Assembly (NCBI RefSeq): GCF_018350175.1
Contig: NC_058368.1
Span: forward strand, 182,158,001-182,222,000
Direction of reading: 5' to 3'
From: Felis catus
Taxonomy: Eukaryota
Length of the DNA: 64,000 bases
Shown: piece by piece, positions 49,897 to 63,465 of the stretch
Numbering within the stretch: the first letter of the stretch is position 1
Layout of the letters: each line of letters begins with the position of its first letter
Position numbers and translations under genes: made by a program
Notes under the pieces: generated by a model
What the model was told of the DNA's origin: nothing
Database searches by the model: none
The model's input: the letters and a program-made list of their open reading frames with translations, nothing else

Positions 49897-51202
49897 TCTT
49901 TGTTGGCTGAAAAGAGTCAATCCTTCTGCCAAGAGTTCAGGTAGGAATTTTCTTACAGGAACACTGAAGGCTAAACTTTGCCTTCAGGATTTTTCTGATT
50001 AGATTAGTACGAGCCCATAGGGAATAAGAGAAGACACCTAGCAACATATCTTAACAGTTAAATTGTTATTGCAGTGGGAGAGATGAGGAAAGCTTAATTT
50101 TTTCTCTATAGTGAAAACTATGAATTCAAGCTGAACAGGTTTTCATTCAGAAATATGAAAAAAGACTTGTATTAGAAGACTGGGAATTGTGTCAGAAATT
50201 GTTTGTTACATAGTTTTGGCACTGAAAGTGTCATACATTAAAGAAAATAATTAAAGGGATCTGGAGAAGAATTCCAATCCTTTGGTGGTCCACCAGAGAA
50301 CAAACTCATTACCATACGGAATCTGAGAGATCAGTGACAATGTGTTACTATCAGGAGCTAAAGAGTTAGATCCCAGAGGAGTTCAGGATCTATGTAGGAT
50401 GCTGTTCTGCAGAATGATCAAATTTTTCACCAAGAGGTTGGACGTGTGGACTAACACAGGTCAGCTGAGCTGTCTGGAAATCCAATCTCCAGGGACCATT
50501 CCTAACTGTAGGTACTAGAAGTTATTAAGGAGCTCATCAGTTGCCCAGTTCTGAAAACTGAACTTTGTTTTAGGCTAACACGAAAATTATGTATGTTTAT
50601 CAAACTAGGCCACCTGAGGTTGAAATGATGAGAAGTAACTAAAAGCCAGAAACTCTATAAATGGAACCTAAGCAAAGTGGTCTGTAATGAGACATGTAGG
50701 AAATTAGAGAGAGGAATCTGGATTCATAAGATTATGTACATTCACCAGATAATAGATTTTTTTTAATACATCCTCTGTTTTTCAGCACTTATTCCTTTGA
50801 AAAATATGATCTCGGTTTCTGGGAGCTAGGAGTAAAATAGGTGAGTCTACACCTTTTAAATACAGAAAAGATTGGGATTGAGTTATCTCTAGAGAAACAT
50901 GTGGTGCCCCAGTTTGGTGACTGAGATGGATACTCTTAGATAGCCTGGTCAGAGAAGAATGAATAAAAATGAGGCATAAAAATGAAGCCCATTAGTTCTT
51001 TTCTAACAAGGCCATTCCTCTTACTAAGTAATGTTTATAATATGCAGAAAAAAATATTTATTTCTTGGTATGTCACCTTTTGTTCAATTCACCCTAGAGC
51101 AGAGGTATTTTCAATCTGAGATTACAAAGGTGACAAGACACATCTAGATTGAGAGAAAGAATACTGTAATGTACAAGGATCTTTCCCCTCAAGAACAACA
51201 GC

Positions 51203-51206
<4 letters not shown>

Positions 51207-51247
<41 letters not shown>
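51207..51247. repeat. (TA)n microsatellite
   Basis: Direct observation. Confidence 0.98.
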
Positions 51248-51249
<2 letters not shown>

Positions 51250-52250
51250 TGCCTTCTCATCCAAAGTTCAAGTTATTTTGAGATAAGAAATATACAAACA
51301 CAGAGATGCACACAGAAACATCAATATCACATATATTTATGCCTTTTTATTCTTACAGATATTAGAATATTATGCCATCATGGAGGGATATGATCATGTA
51401 TAATTTTTGTACCAATAAAAGTTTTATAATACGGTCATTATTATCCTGTTAGTTATTGAGGGATTCAGTTCTTACTGCCTGCTCTGACGTTGCTAAATCT
51501 GAAACTCTCTCCTTTAATCTTCTTGCTCTTTGGACTTTCCATACAATAGGAACTGACTCTTAATTGAACTCTTGGCTAAAAATATTGGCATTCTGTTTGT
51601 CCTTTTAAAAGGCTCTTCTGAATATGGACCTGCCTTCTCATTCATGGCTTTGGTTAATCACTCTTTAAATCCACTTTCCTGTTCTGACCAGTATTCACAC
51701 AAGACTGTGAGTCTCTTCAGTTCCTGAATACTAACTCGCCCTTGACTGACTAATTCCATTGCTATCTGAGTCTTGTTCCAGGGAAATGAAGAGAAAAGGA
51801 GAAATGATTATTACATCCAGGTAAATACTTTCTTTGTGTATCTATCTTGAGACAAATCAATAGTGAAAAAAAAAAAAAATAAGCACTGCTAGAATGCCTA
51901 AACTCTCTTCAGACGCATTTGGTTCTGAGTTGTCCAGTGGCCAGGTGATAACCAAGCTATGCACAGAGTACAGCTGAAATGATTGTTTACACTTCAAATT
52001 GATGTTTCCATTCTCTGTGGTACTTTTGAAAAAACAAAAGTGTTTCATACTTATTTCTTTACTTTACATTAAAGCAAAATTATGAGGTGGCTATCTGAAA
52101 TAGTTTTAATTGATAACCTAAACTCTTAGAAATTAAGAGATTCTAAACACTCTTTGTTTTGGTGTATTTGTGTGGGTGTATACATATTCTGTAGTAGAGA
52201 ACTAATTTGAACCTCAGAATTCTGTGGCTTCAATGACTATATCTTTTGCA

Positions 52251-52470
52251 TTTTTTTTGTTTATTTTTTTTATTGTTTATTTATTTTTGAGAGAGTGAGA
52301 CAGAGCACAAGCAGGAGCATGGCAGAGAGAGAGGGAGACATAGAATTGGAAGCAGTCTCCAGATTCTGAGCTATCAGCACAGAGCCTGTCACAGGGCTCA
52401 AACTCACGAGTGGTGAGGTCATGACCTGAGTTGAAGTTGGACACTTAACTGACTGAGCCACCCACGCATC
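52251..52470 (-). mobile_element. Can-SINE
   Basis: gactgagccacccacgc head, T-rich tail. Confidence 0.93.
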
Positions 52471-53585
52471 TTCTCCCCCTTTTCATTTGGCCATTCCTTG
52501 GTTTTCAAGGAATAAAATAATCAGAAGTTATTCTTTCGAGTAAGAATAATTAAGTTCAGGTATGTGGGGTTGTGCTATATAAAACAAAATTGTGTCCTTT
52601 GAAATTATACTTCATATATGGAAGATTAAAAATATTTATTTCACTATGCAAAGGACATGTGATGGTCAAACTTATTACCACAGGAATGAGAGATGGACTC
52701 AGGAAGTATAAACAGGAAAAATCTACAATGAGTTTTTGTTTTACTCTGTTGAGACACTGGACTAAACTGTGATGTTGGCCTGGGAGATGAGGGTACATGT
52801 GAAGCCAATGTTTGATGGAAATAATTTAAGCAACAAACAGAAACTATCAGAGTAGGAAGAACTGTTGGGTGAACTACCAACTGAAAGCATTCTTTATGGA
52901 AAATATACACAAAGTCCCTAACACAATATTGATGGGCACAGGATGAACCACCACTCAGCAGGCAACGAATCCATTTCACTAATTCCCCTGGTCAGAAGAA
53001 AAGACACTAACCCAGAATGGAGCCAATCAGCAAAGCCAAGGTGTGCTATGCTAGCTATACAACAGCAAATCCATAAATCTATTGTAATTGAAGCCCTCTC
53101 TTTAGAGAAGAAGAACCATTTTGAAAAGTTCCATTCTCTAGTAAAGAACTACAGAGATTATAAAAAACCTAATTATCTAGAACTAATCTATTTTAAATGA
53201 AATTATCCAAATTGTAAAGTTATTAATAGCAATGATAACAAATATTAGCTACTGAGTATTCATAGCATTTATATAAATACTTTATTTAATGTAATTATTT
53301 TTAAATCTTACACTAAATCTCTAAATTGGGTATAATAATAGCCATTTAATAAATAAAATAACTGAAGCTCAGAGAATATAGTGACATATCCAGCTTCCCA
53401 TCACTGGAACCAGAGATAGACTCAGTTGGTCAAATAACAAGTCCTCCTTCAAAATCAAGGAGGATGTGGATGAAAGAAATTGAGACACAGTTTAATACTT
53501 TCCTCTTACATCAAATTCATAGGATAATTTAGAGAACTAAGTTGTGACAGTTAACCCATGTTTTCTGATGATCCAACTTTCACCA

Positions 53586-53809
53586 TTTATTTATTTATTT
53601 ACTTATTTATTCCAACAGTGAGAGAGAAAGCACAGGCACACACAACGAGTGTTGGAAGGGCAGAGACAGAGGGAGAGAGAATCCCTAGCAGACCCCACAC
53701 TGTTAGCACAGATCCCCATGTGGGGCTTGATCTCATGAACACATGAGATCATGACCTGAGCCAAAATCAAGAGTCAGATGCTTAACTGACTGAGCCACCC
53801 AGGCACCCC
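53586..53809 (-). mobile_element. Can-SINE
   Basis: gagccacccaggcacccc head; flanking TCACC(A/T)TTTATT repeats. Confidence 0.94.
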
Positions 53810-54964
53810 TCACCTTTTATTTTTGAAAAGATAATAATTATACCAAACAAACATGAGGGCAAGTAGTAAGGCCCCCAAAGAGAAAAGCCATTTATTTTAA
53901 TGTTTATTCATTTAGTAATTCACTTATTCCAAAAAGTACTCATTATTGTAAAGCGTTGTGGTATCTATTTTTTTTTCTAAACTGTAACAGAGACATTCTA
54001 TTTCTTTTTTTCTCCCATAAGAATAAGATACAGTCACTGCAAAATTAACTCTGGTTTCCTTCTCCTGACGTGAATTATGGGTATCATGGTAACCTATATA
54101 ATATTCAGACTTTTAAGAGGACCCCAGCATTGAAGGAAAGCAGAAAGACTCAATTTAGTATGAAAAGGAAATGGACAATTAGCCCATTAACTCTTCATTA
54201 GATAAATAGCAGAAGGTTAATTGATAACTCAATAGTTTTAACTGTAGCCATAGTACTCTGTTGGCTCAGAATACAGGAAGAACAAGACCATTTGCTTACA
54301 AAAACTTATGGTTAAGTCACTTCTAAAAGTCACTAGTTGTAATTAAAAAAAAATCTATAGACATCATGATTTGAGGGCTTCTAGACAACCTATAAGACCC
54401 TGGGGCAGTCCATGATGCCTGATCCCTGTCAAAACATGAAATAAAGACCCAAATAGGGGAATCTGTAACACTGAAGTTTCTACCATTGTGTGGTCATAAA
54501 TAAGGCACCCAATAGATAGAGTATTACTTTGACTTAGAGATGTTTTAACACCTATATTCTCTTTATCCTTATAAAAGCCACCTGATACTTGAGAAAACTC
54601 TTTTGCTATTTATTTTATGAAAAGCTTAAAAAAAAATATTGTTCCAGTAGAGAATGATGCTATATTTCCAGATATTATACATGGTTAGTTCTGTAACAAT
54701 CATGTGCTAAGTTCACTTTCTTAGCCAATCAAAACTAAAATACGATTCTGGTGGAAGCCCGGGGAGTATCCTTAGAAGACTCTAATATATGTAATATCTA
54801 TGGCAGCGCACGGAGCAACAGTTTGTAATTTAAATGAAAAGTGCATGGTCTTTGTCAGTCACTACATTACAATCTGTGACCTTTGAAAAAGGACAAAAAT
54901 AACTTCAAGGAAAGAGTAATATCTTTAAAAGTTCCAGTCTCGGTGTTCTTATCCATGTGGTTAA

Positions 54965-55140
54965 TTAACCAATTCATTTATTCATTCATGTAATAATATA
55001 AGGGCTAATCATCCAGTGTGTACCAAGAACAGAGTTAGGTGGTGTGAAAATAACAGTTAACAGGACATAGTTCCTTCCCTCAGGGACTTTACAGTGGAGT
55101 GGGGTAAGCAACCCCATGATTACAACGTTGTGATACAAGT
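54965..55140 (-). mobile_element. L2 3' end fragment
   Basis: attcatttattcattc...gacatagttccttccctcagggactttacagt. Confidence 0.65.
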
Positions 55141-55808
55141 AACAGGTAAAGGACAGTTTTTGCTAAGGCAAAAAAATGAAGTCTAATGTTGCTGGTGATA
55201 GGAGCTGGATAATACCAATTTTAAGATGCACATTGACTTATGTCTATTTTCACTGATATGACCATCACCTCTCATGTACTTTATTCAATAAAAATAGGGA
55301 TGAGTAGGGAAAAAAATGAAGATCTGAAACATTTCTGATTGAAAAGTTAACAAGATAGGACAAAAGGGTCTCTAAAGAGGAAGATAATATAAAGGAGTAT
55401 GGGATCTGAATATTTGCTCCCATTTGAGCACCAAGGTCTCATAGACCAGTTCTTGGTCTCTTGGCAACTCTTGGCACCACGTAGAACCATCTGAATGCAC
55501 CTGAGCCTTTTCCAATTAGATTTTTTCTTACCATGGAGAAAATGACTATAGCATGTGTGTGTATGTGTGTGTACATACTACTAAGAGATTTAACCTTCTG
55601 GAGCCCAGGTAAGTTTGCTGAGTCTAGGTATTTACTTCATAGGGATACTTCTACCTGAGAGACTTGCAGACACTTGTGCTGTGATCCAAGGGGGTAGGGA
55701 GTTTTACCAGCAATACTAATTATCTCCACAGGTTTTTTGACCACAAAGATAATGGTCTGAGCCACAGTGGCAGTGAGGATGGAGAAAAATACATAGCTTC
55801 CAGAGGGG

Positions 55809-56331
55809 TGTATTAGTTATCTATTGCTGCATAACAAATTGCCCCCAAATTTAGTAGCTTAAATTAACATTTATTATCTCACACAGCTCTGCTATCTCAT
55901 ATAGGCCACAGAAATCTGGAATTACCATAGCTGAGTGGTTCTGGCTTATGCTCTCTCAAAGGTTGAATCATGATGTTGACCAATAATACAGTCAACCTGA
56001 AGACTTGAATAGGGCTGGAGAATTTGTTTCCACAGTAGCTTACTGGCATACCTTACAATTTAGTACTTGTTGTTAGCATCTCCTTGCCATGGCCAAGTAT
56101 ACTTCACTATAAGATTACTTGAGTGTCTTCATGACAGTCTTTATGTAGTTTTCCCCAGAGCAAGTAATCCAAGAGAGAAAAGGGGACCCAGCTGTAGATG
56201 TCACAAACCATAATTTCTCTAATATGTGAGGTTCATAGAAGCTTCCCAATTCAGTGTTAGGAGATTACACAGAGATATAAAAACCAGGAGACAAAAATCA
56301 TTGGGGAACATTTTAGCGTCTGGCTATGACA
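55809..56331 (-). mobile_element. MaLR solo LTR (MLT1F/G-like)
   Basis: tgtattagttatctattgctgcataacaaattgcccccaaatttagtagcttaaa...accaggag...ggctatgaca. Confidence 0.85.
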
Positions 56332-56774
56332 GAAAAAAAGACAAAGAATTTTATTTATTGACAGTTTGGATATGAGAATGAATGGGGAAATCAAATATGA
56401 AACTCAGGAGTCTGGTTTTTGACAGTGTCATTGCTTTTGTTTAGAAGTATTTTGCATTTGCACTTTCCTGCTGAGTATTTGTTAACATGTGTACATAACA
56501 ACTATTATTTCTCTAGGGAAAGTCACTGGTATGATTTGTTAGATCACAGAGAGATTGTTAATTTGTATCATCTTTTGGAGAAAGGTAAGGAAAAGTATCC
56601 TAGGGACTGTGATAAAACCAACTATTTCAACAACTTAATGAAACTAGAATGTCTATATCTCTAAGGTATAACAAAAGTGTAGAAGTTAAGAATTGGTTAG
56701 AAGTTATTAGAACTAGAGAAAAAAGTTTAGAGATACATATATACATATATATACATATATATGTGTATATGTAC

Positions 56775-56902
56775 ACACCTTCCCTCCAATGTGAAAGCAA
56801 TACAATTCTAGACATCATCTAATGTCTCCTCAAAGTGGTAGAGTGTGTGGGATGGGTAATACACAGAGAGAATAAAATCACCCTTGGTTGAGAACCACCG
56901 GT
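56775..56902 (-). mobile_element. Partial MER20-like relic
   Basis: ctagacatcatctaatgtctcct...aaaatcacccttggttgagaaccaccg. Confidence 0.6.
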
Positions 56903-58365
56903 CTAAACATTTTTAGCTAGCCTTTTTTTTTTCCTTGTTTTAACTATGGTTAAGGGCTTTGAAAAAAATATGTAAAATTAAAATCTGACTTTGGTGAAAT
57001 CTGATTAACCTTACCTGCTCAAAAGGCAGTGCTTGTCATGAAAAAAAAAAAAAATCTCTAATTCAATTGAAAATACAGAGCAGGAAATGCATCCGGATAA
57101 AAGTGAAAATAAAATTTCACATCCAGCTAGCCTTCAAAAATTGAATGCCCGTAGTCTAAGCTTTCTAATAATTTGGATTTTTTGGATTGGAAAAGGCACA
57201 TTCTGATCTCCTTATTATCAAACTGAAGTAAACCTGAAATTGCATGATAGATAGAATAGAGACCACATCCTGAGGACTTTGCCTAGGAGTAGTAGTATTT
57301 AAAAACAAAACCAAAAACAAAAATAAAAAAAAAATTATGGGAAAAGTCAAGTGTGCTTCATAAACATAACTTTATAAAGCAACCCAAGTCTTACTGTCGT
57401 TCCCACGAAAGTCCCATGGTTATTCTACATCAAGTTGACATGCATGATGCTTGAGAAGCAATAAGAATTCATTCCTACCCTTACTTACAGAAGGTATAAC
57501 AAAGACATTATTTCCTGCTACAATGAGTAAGGTAGATTGGACAATAGCTAGTTGATTTCTTCCAAAATGTATAGCAGTAAGATTATTTTACACATTGCTA
57601 AAATTCATTATTGATAAGTATAGCACAGAATGACCTTAAGAATGGAAGAACAAGAAACAGTGCAGACCATCCCCCCAGCAAAAGAGCCAAAACTAGTGAA
57701 AACTACTGAAAACATCAAAAACAACAACCGTATAGTCTGCGAAAATTTTCTAAGGGCATACAGCAAACAAAAACATTATTAAAAAAATAAATTTAGTAAA
57801 TCTTGTTAAGAACAACAAGAGTGTGTCACATTTGAACCAAGAATCTTCCCCCAACTCCAGCTAGCCTAATGGAAGAAGCCCTACCCAGGGTATGTGCAGC
57901 CAAGAACATAGAACATCCTTTCTCTTTAGCAGCCAGTCAAGAATTATGGCTTCCCTGTGAGAGAATTAGGTCACTATCATTTTTCACTATTTCCTGCCCT
58001 GTGTTGCAGAAGCTCTATTTCAAGCAACAGTAGCTGAGAAATCTGGGGCTCTCCTCCTCTACCCAGCTTCAGAAACTCTACTATAGGAGAGGTGCACTGA
58101 CAATACTAGAGAACCACCTGCCCTTACCACAGCTCACTAGTAGGGGGTAAGTTCTATGCTAGAAGAGGCAAAATAAATATACCAGTAACTATCACCCTCA
58201 CTTAGTGTCCCACTCCTAAAGCACAAAGTCATGTTGAGGGAAGAAAGCTACTTTTCCCTTCCACAGGTATAGAGCAATGGTACAGAGATTTTGTCTAGGG
58301 GCAGAAGCAGATCGTGAGAACAGACAACTTCATTGTTCTTTCCAAGAAGACTATTATTTAGAGTA

Positions 58366-58369
<4 letters not shown>

Positions 58370-58418
<49 letters not shown>
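58370..58418. repeat. (TG)n microsatellite
   Basis: Direct observation. Confidence 0.98.
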
Positions 58419-58419
<1 letters not shown>

Positions 58420-60324
58420 TGATGGCAGAGGTGTGGGGGGAGAGTTCTAGCCTGAGTGCTCTCAAAAAAAAAAAATAGAGATTTTAGTGATAAGCAATTA
58501 GGAGGAGGCAGAACAAGCTAAATTGAGAGGAACAAGCTAAATTGTAGATGAAGTAGAAGTTTACATGGGCGGGGAGGGGGGTGGAGGGGCAGGAAAAGAG
58601 GCAGCTAAGAATTTTCTTGGGATTGCCTCAAAGTCTTACCCAAACACTACCAAACCACCCCACCTCCAGGACTAAATTCCACTGAATCAGACTCTAGGGC
58701 AATTTATACCCTGAGGCATTGTTGAAAACAATAGAGAAATCAGCTGGCAAATACTGGAGGCTTGTTAGCTAGGTGTGATAACTACAAAGGCAGATCACTT
58801 ACTGGAGAAACCTGGAAAAAAACAGGAGAGTCCTGTTAAAACCACGGCTCTCCCAGATAGATTGTGTTCACACCAAGGCTACACTATAGAGGAAATAAAC
58901 TTCACTAAAATCATCCAGCCATTTCACTAAACAAATAATTAAGCAAACAAAAACAAAACAAGACTCAAAGATAGATGTTAATATCCAGAGATTTTATAGA
59001 TATAATATGTACACGACAATAGCAAAAACTGGGAAAAAGAACAGAGTTATAGAGGAGCAACATTTCCATATGTCATTGGAACTCAGCATAAATCTGAACT
59101 ATCGTCTCATAATTTAAGATGTATATTTGGTAAGGCTTGGAACAACCACTCTGAAAATAACCAAAAAAAAAAAAAAAGTAACTCATTAGGAGACTTAAAA
59201 TGTTATCCTAGAAAATATTCACTTAATTCCAAAAAAAAAAAAAAAAAAGCAGTAATGAAAGAATTAAGGAAAAAAGAAAACAGGAGATATATAGAAAATG
59301 AAAATTAAAAAGTCAGATATAAATCAAGCTATATCAATAATAACATTAAATGTGAGTAAATTCAATCAAAAGGCAGAAATTGCCAGAAAAGAAAAAAGAA
59401 AAAAAAATTAAAAAAAGAAAGAAAAGGAAAGAAAAGAAAATGGAAAAAAATATATAACTATATGCTGTCTAAAGGAGATATGCTTTACATTTGAAGATAA
59501 ACATAGGTTAAAGGAAAAGGAGAAAAAAAATGATATGTAAACAGAAACAGTAAGAGTACTAGAGTGACAATAGTGTTATCAGTTCAGATAGACTCTAAGA
59601 GAAATAGGGAATTCAGTAATACTAGTTATACTCTTTGATACCCCACTTTAAATGATGGCCAGAATAATTAGGCTAGGCAGAAAATAAACAAGGAAACAGA
59701 AGACTAGAGCAACATTATAAACCAACTAGACCTAGCAGGCTCCTATTGAACATTCTACCCAACTGCAACAGAATACATATTCTCTCAAGTACACATGAGA
59801 TATTCTTTAGGATAGGCTGTATGCCACAGTGTAAAAGAAGCCTCGATAAAAATTTAAAAATTAAACCATGCAAAGTATGTTTCCAACCAAAATGGAATGA
59901 AATAGGAAATCGATAATAGAAATACATTTGGGAAATTCCCAAATAATGTTTTCAGTAAACAATTCACTCCAACATAAGAAATGAGTCAAAGAAGTCACAA
60001 AGAAAGTAAGAAAATATTTTAAGATGATTTGAAGTGGACATACAAAACACCAAAATTTATGGGATGCAATTAAGTCAGTGGTTAGAGAGAAATTTATAAC
60101 TGTTACTATATAACATATAAGTGTTACTTATATTTAAAAAAAGAAGAAAAATCTCAAGTCAATAGCCCATCTCCATCTTAAGACACTGAAAAAAAAAGAG
60201 CACACTAAACATAAAGCAAGCAGATCTAGGAAACAATGAAGATTACAGTGGGAATTAATGAAATAGAAAATCAGGAAAGAAAATCAACAAAAGCAAAAGC
60301 AGGTTCTTTGAAAAAGGGAACAAA

Positions 60325-60555
60325 GGGGCGCCTGGGTGGCGCAGTCGGTTAAGCGTCCGACTTCAGCCAGGTCACAATCTCGCGGTCTGTGAGTTCGAGC
60401 CCCACGTCGGGCTCTGGGCTGATGGCTCAGAGCCTGGAGCCTGTTTCCGGTTCTGTGTCTCCCTCTCTCTCTGCCCCTCCCCTGTTCATGCTCTATCTCT
60501 CTCTGTCCCAAAAATAAATAAACGTTGAAAAAAAAATTAAAAAAAAAAAAAAAAA
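60325..60555 (+). mobile_element. Young Can-SINE (SINEC_Fc-like) inserted in L1 ORF2
   Basis: CpG-rich head, long A tail, perfect 15-bp TSD GAAAAAGGGAACAAA at 60310-60324 and 60556-60570. Confidence 0.98.
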
Positions 60556-62508
60556 GAAAAAGGGAACAAAATCCTAAAACCTTTACAGTGAACAAGAAAA
60601 AAAGAGATAAGGCTCCAATTAATGCAATTAAGAATGAATGCAGGGTCATCCCTATGGGGCTTCTAGAAATCAAAAGGATCGTAAGAGAATGCTATAAACA
60701 ACTGTATGCTTAAATATTAGATAAATGAGGCTAAATAGACACTTTCTTAGAAATATAAAAACTATTGAAACTGAGCTGAAATGGAATAAAAAATCTGAAT
60801 AGATTTATAAAATGTAAAGAGATTGAATTAGTCATTTAAAATGTTCCACACAAAAAAATAAAAAGCCAAGAGCTAGATGGCTTCACTGGTGAATGTCACC
60901 AAACATTAAAATGAAATTAATACCAAACTATATGAAGTCCTTCAAAAACTAGAAGAGGAAGTAACACTCCCCAGTTTATCCTATGAGGCCAGGATTATTT
61001 TCACACCAAAACCAGACAAAAACTTCACAAGAAAATAAAGCTACAAATGTTTACCTCCTATGAACATGGATGTAAGCCTTCTCAAGAAAACACTAGCAAA
61101 CTGAATTTAGTATCATTTATAAAAAAAATATACAACGTGTTCAAGTGGGATTTATTCCACACACTCAAGGGTGGTTGACTTCTGAAAGTCAACTTGTGTC
61201 ATACACCATATCATGGTATGAATGGAAAAAAAAAATACTACATGATAATCTCAACAGATGCGTGAAAAACATTTGACAAAATCCAGCACGTGTTCACGAA
61301 AAAGCAACAAAACTAGGAATCGAAGGGAAATTCCTATCTGATAAAAAGCATCAATCAAAACAGCCACAGCTTACATCAGAATGAAGACCATGATGAAGAA
61401 AGGACCATATGCTTTTCCCCATGATTAGGAACAAGACAAGGATGTCCATTTGCACTAATTCAATGCACCCTGTACTGTTAGTTCCAGCTAGAGAGATTAG
61501 GCAAGGAAGTGAAATAAATGAAATCTTGCACATAGATGATAGATACAGAGAATTCCAAGAAATCCTCTAAAAAAAGTATTGTAACTAGTAAATGAGTTTG
61601 GCAACTTTGCAGACAGGATAAATAAAAATCTATTTTATCTGTATACACTAGCCATGAACAATGTAAACATGAATAAATAATCCCATTTATAAAGTCATCA
61701 AAAATTATAAAATAACTAGGAACAAATTTAACAAAAGAGGTCAAAACAATGCAACATTGTTAAAAAATTTTAAAATCTAGTTTCTCTTAAACTCCTCTTC
61801 TAGGGTGTGAGTTCCTGGAGAGCACAAATGATACCCTATATATTGCTTAGTTTCCAACTCACTGTAAACGGCATAGATATGTTATGTAGATATTTGATAG
61901 AAGTATAAGGAATTCATTAAACCAGAAAACTACATAATGTGGAAAATTTCAGTTGCTGCAATTTGTTGGAAATCTCCATTTTCTCTATTTTTAGCACTTT
62001 AAGTAGAATGTTCTAACCACTCAAAGGCCATTGCAACGCGTGGACTCATCTTTCTGAATTTTCTTTGGGGCAGATTCTGCAAGCTGAAATTAATTGTAAC
62101 TGTGCAGTGTGTGGGAAATGTAGGAGTTAAACTATGCCAATGGACATTAAACATTTTCTGACATGACAGAAATTCTTTAAGAGGTTTCAGTTTTAATATT
62201 CTGAAATTTTAACATTTTTTTAAAAGAAGCAATTTTATCATTCTCAGAAATCAAATACTTCATTTCAAAATTTCTGGACTAAACGTTCTGATAATGTGTT
62301 CATCTTTCTGCGTCAAAAGGATGATGGCTTATTGTATACCAAAGCTGGGCTCACATTCTTTAAAAATTGTCAGAATGTGACTTCTCAAACTTGAAGTTTA
62401 AACATCAATTTTTCATGCAAAATACTTTCATTCAAAATGTAAATATACACTGCCCTCTTTATGTCTTTTAACTTCTTGCTTAAAGTGTTTTATTTAAAAC
62501 TGAGAACC

Positions 62509-62718
62509 GGGGCACCTGGGTGGCACAGTCGGTTAAGCGTCCGACTTCAGCCAGGTCACGATCTCGCGGTCCATGAGTTCGAGCCCCGCGTCAGGCTCTG
62601 GGCTGATGGCTCAGAGCCTGGAGCCTGTTTCCGATTCTGTCTCTCTCTCTCTCTCTCTCTCTGCCCCTCCCCCGTTCATGCTCTGTCTCTCTGTGTCCCA
62701 AAAATAAATAAACGTTGA
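62509..62718 (+). mobile_element. Young Can-SINE (SINEC_Fc-like) with almost no poly-A tail
   Basis: CpG-rich body; TSD TAAAACTGAGAA at 62495-62506 and 62719-62730. Confidence 0.97.
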
Positions 62719-63037
62719 TAAAACTGAGAATCGTTTTTAGCATGCCCATTTAACAGTGAGCAATATTTTTACAGGGTAATAAGTCGTTATATCTCTACAT
62801 GTTTTGTAACAGTTTTTGTCTCAGACTATCTTTTCAAGAATATTTATACAGCAGAACAACTTTGGAGAAGATAGAGATAGTGTCTCCCTCTGGGGCAAAG
62901 GGTACCATCCCCCCCCCCCCCCGAAGAATATAATAAAGATAATTACTCCCTTGGGGGCAAAGACTAGGTAGCTTTGCTTTGAAGTGCCTTTATTTCTTTT
63001 TTAATTTTTCTTAAATGCTGTGTCTTCCCCATAACAC

Positions 63038-63284
63038 ATTTTTTTTAAGTTTATTTACTTAGAGAGAGAGAGAGAGAGAACACAAGTGAGGGAGGGGCAG
63101 AGAAGGAGAGAGAGGGGGGGAAGAGGGAGGGAGGGAGGGAGAGAGAGAGAGAGACAGTGGGAGAGAGAGAGAGATTACTCAGCAGTCTCCATGGATGCAG
63201 GGCTCAAACTATGAACTGTGAGATCATGACCTGAGCCAAAGTCAAGAGTCAGATGTTTAACTGACTGAGCTACTCCGTTGCTCC
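63038..63284 (-). mobile_element. Can-SINE with expanded GA-rich region
   Basis: gagatcatgacctgagccaaagtcaagagtcaga; T tail; flanking AACACAT. Confidence 0.9.
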
Positions 63285-63317
63285 AACACATATGTACAAA
63301 CATACATACATACATAC

Positions 63318-63465
63318 TTTATTTATTTATTTATTCATTCATTCATTCATTCATAGGCTTCACGCCCAGTGGAGAGCCCAACATAGGGCTTGAACTCACA
63401 ACCCTGAGATCAAGACCTGAGCTAGATCAAGAGACAGATGCTTAACTGAGCTACCCAGGTGCCCC
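63318..63465 (-). mobile_element. Short Can-SINE with (TTTA)/(TTCA)n tail
   Basis: gagctacccaggtgcccc head; CT region absent. Confidence 0.9.

Larger units (their letters stand above)
57490..61770 (+). mobile_element. Old L1 (L1M-type): 5' region, inter-ORF region, decayed ORF2 EN and RT; ORF1 largely absent; 3' part missing
   Basis: ISIITLNV-like EN start at ~59330, LWDA.K.V.R.KFI, gatggcttcactggtgaat, FDKIQH and GTRQGCP motifs; many stops and frameshifts. Confidence 0.88.

Noticed and set aside
3544..62718. Many short ORFs beginning MAQSVK/MAQLVK/MPGW (e.g. 3544, 9443, 10821, 38874, 40628, 52270, 60284, 62461)
   Set aside because: They are chance translations of Can-SINE bodies, not genes.
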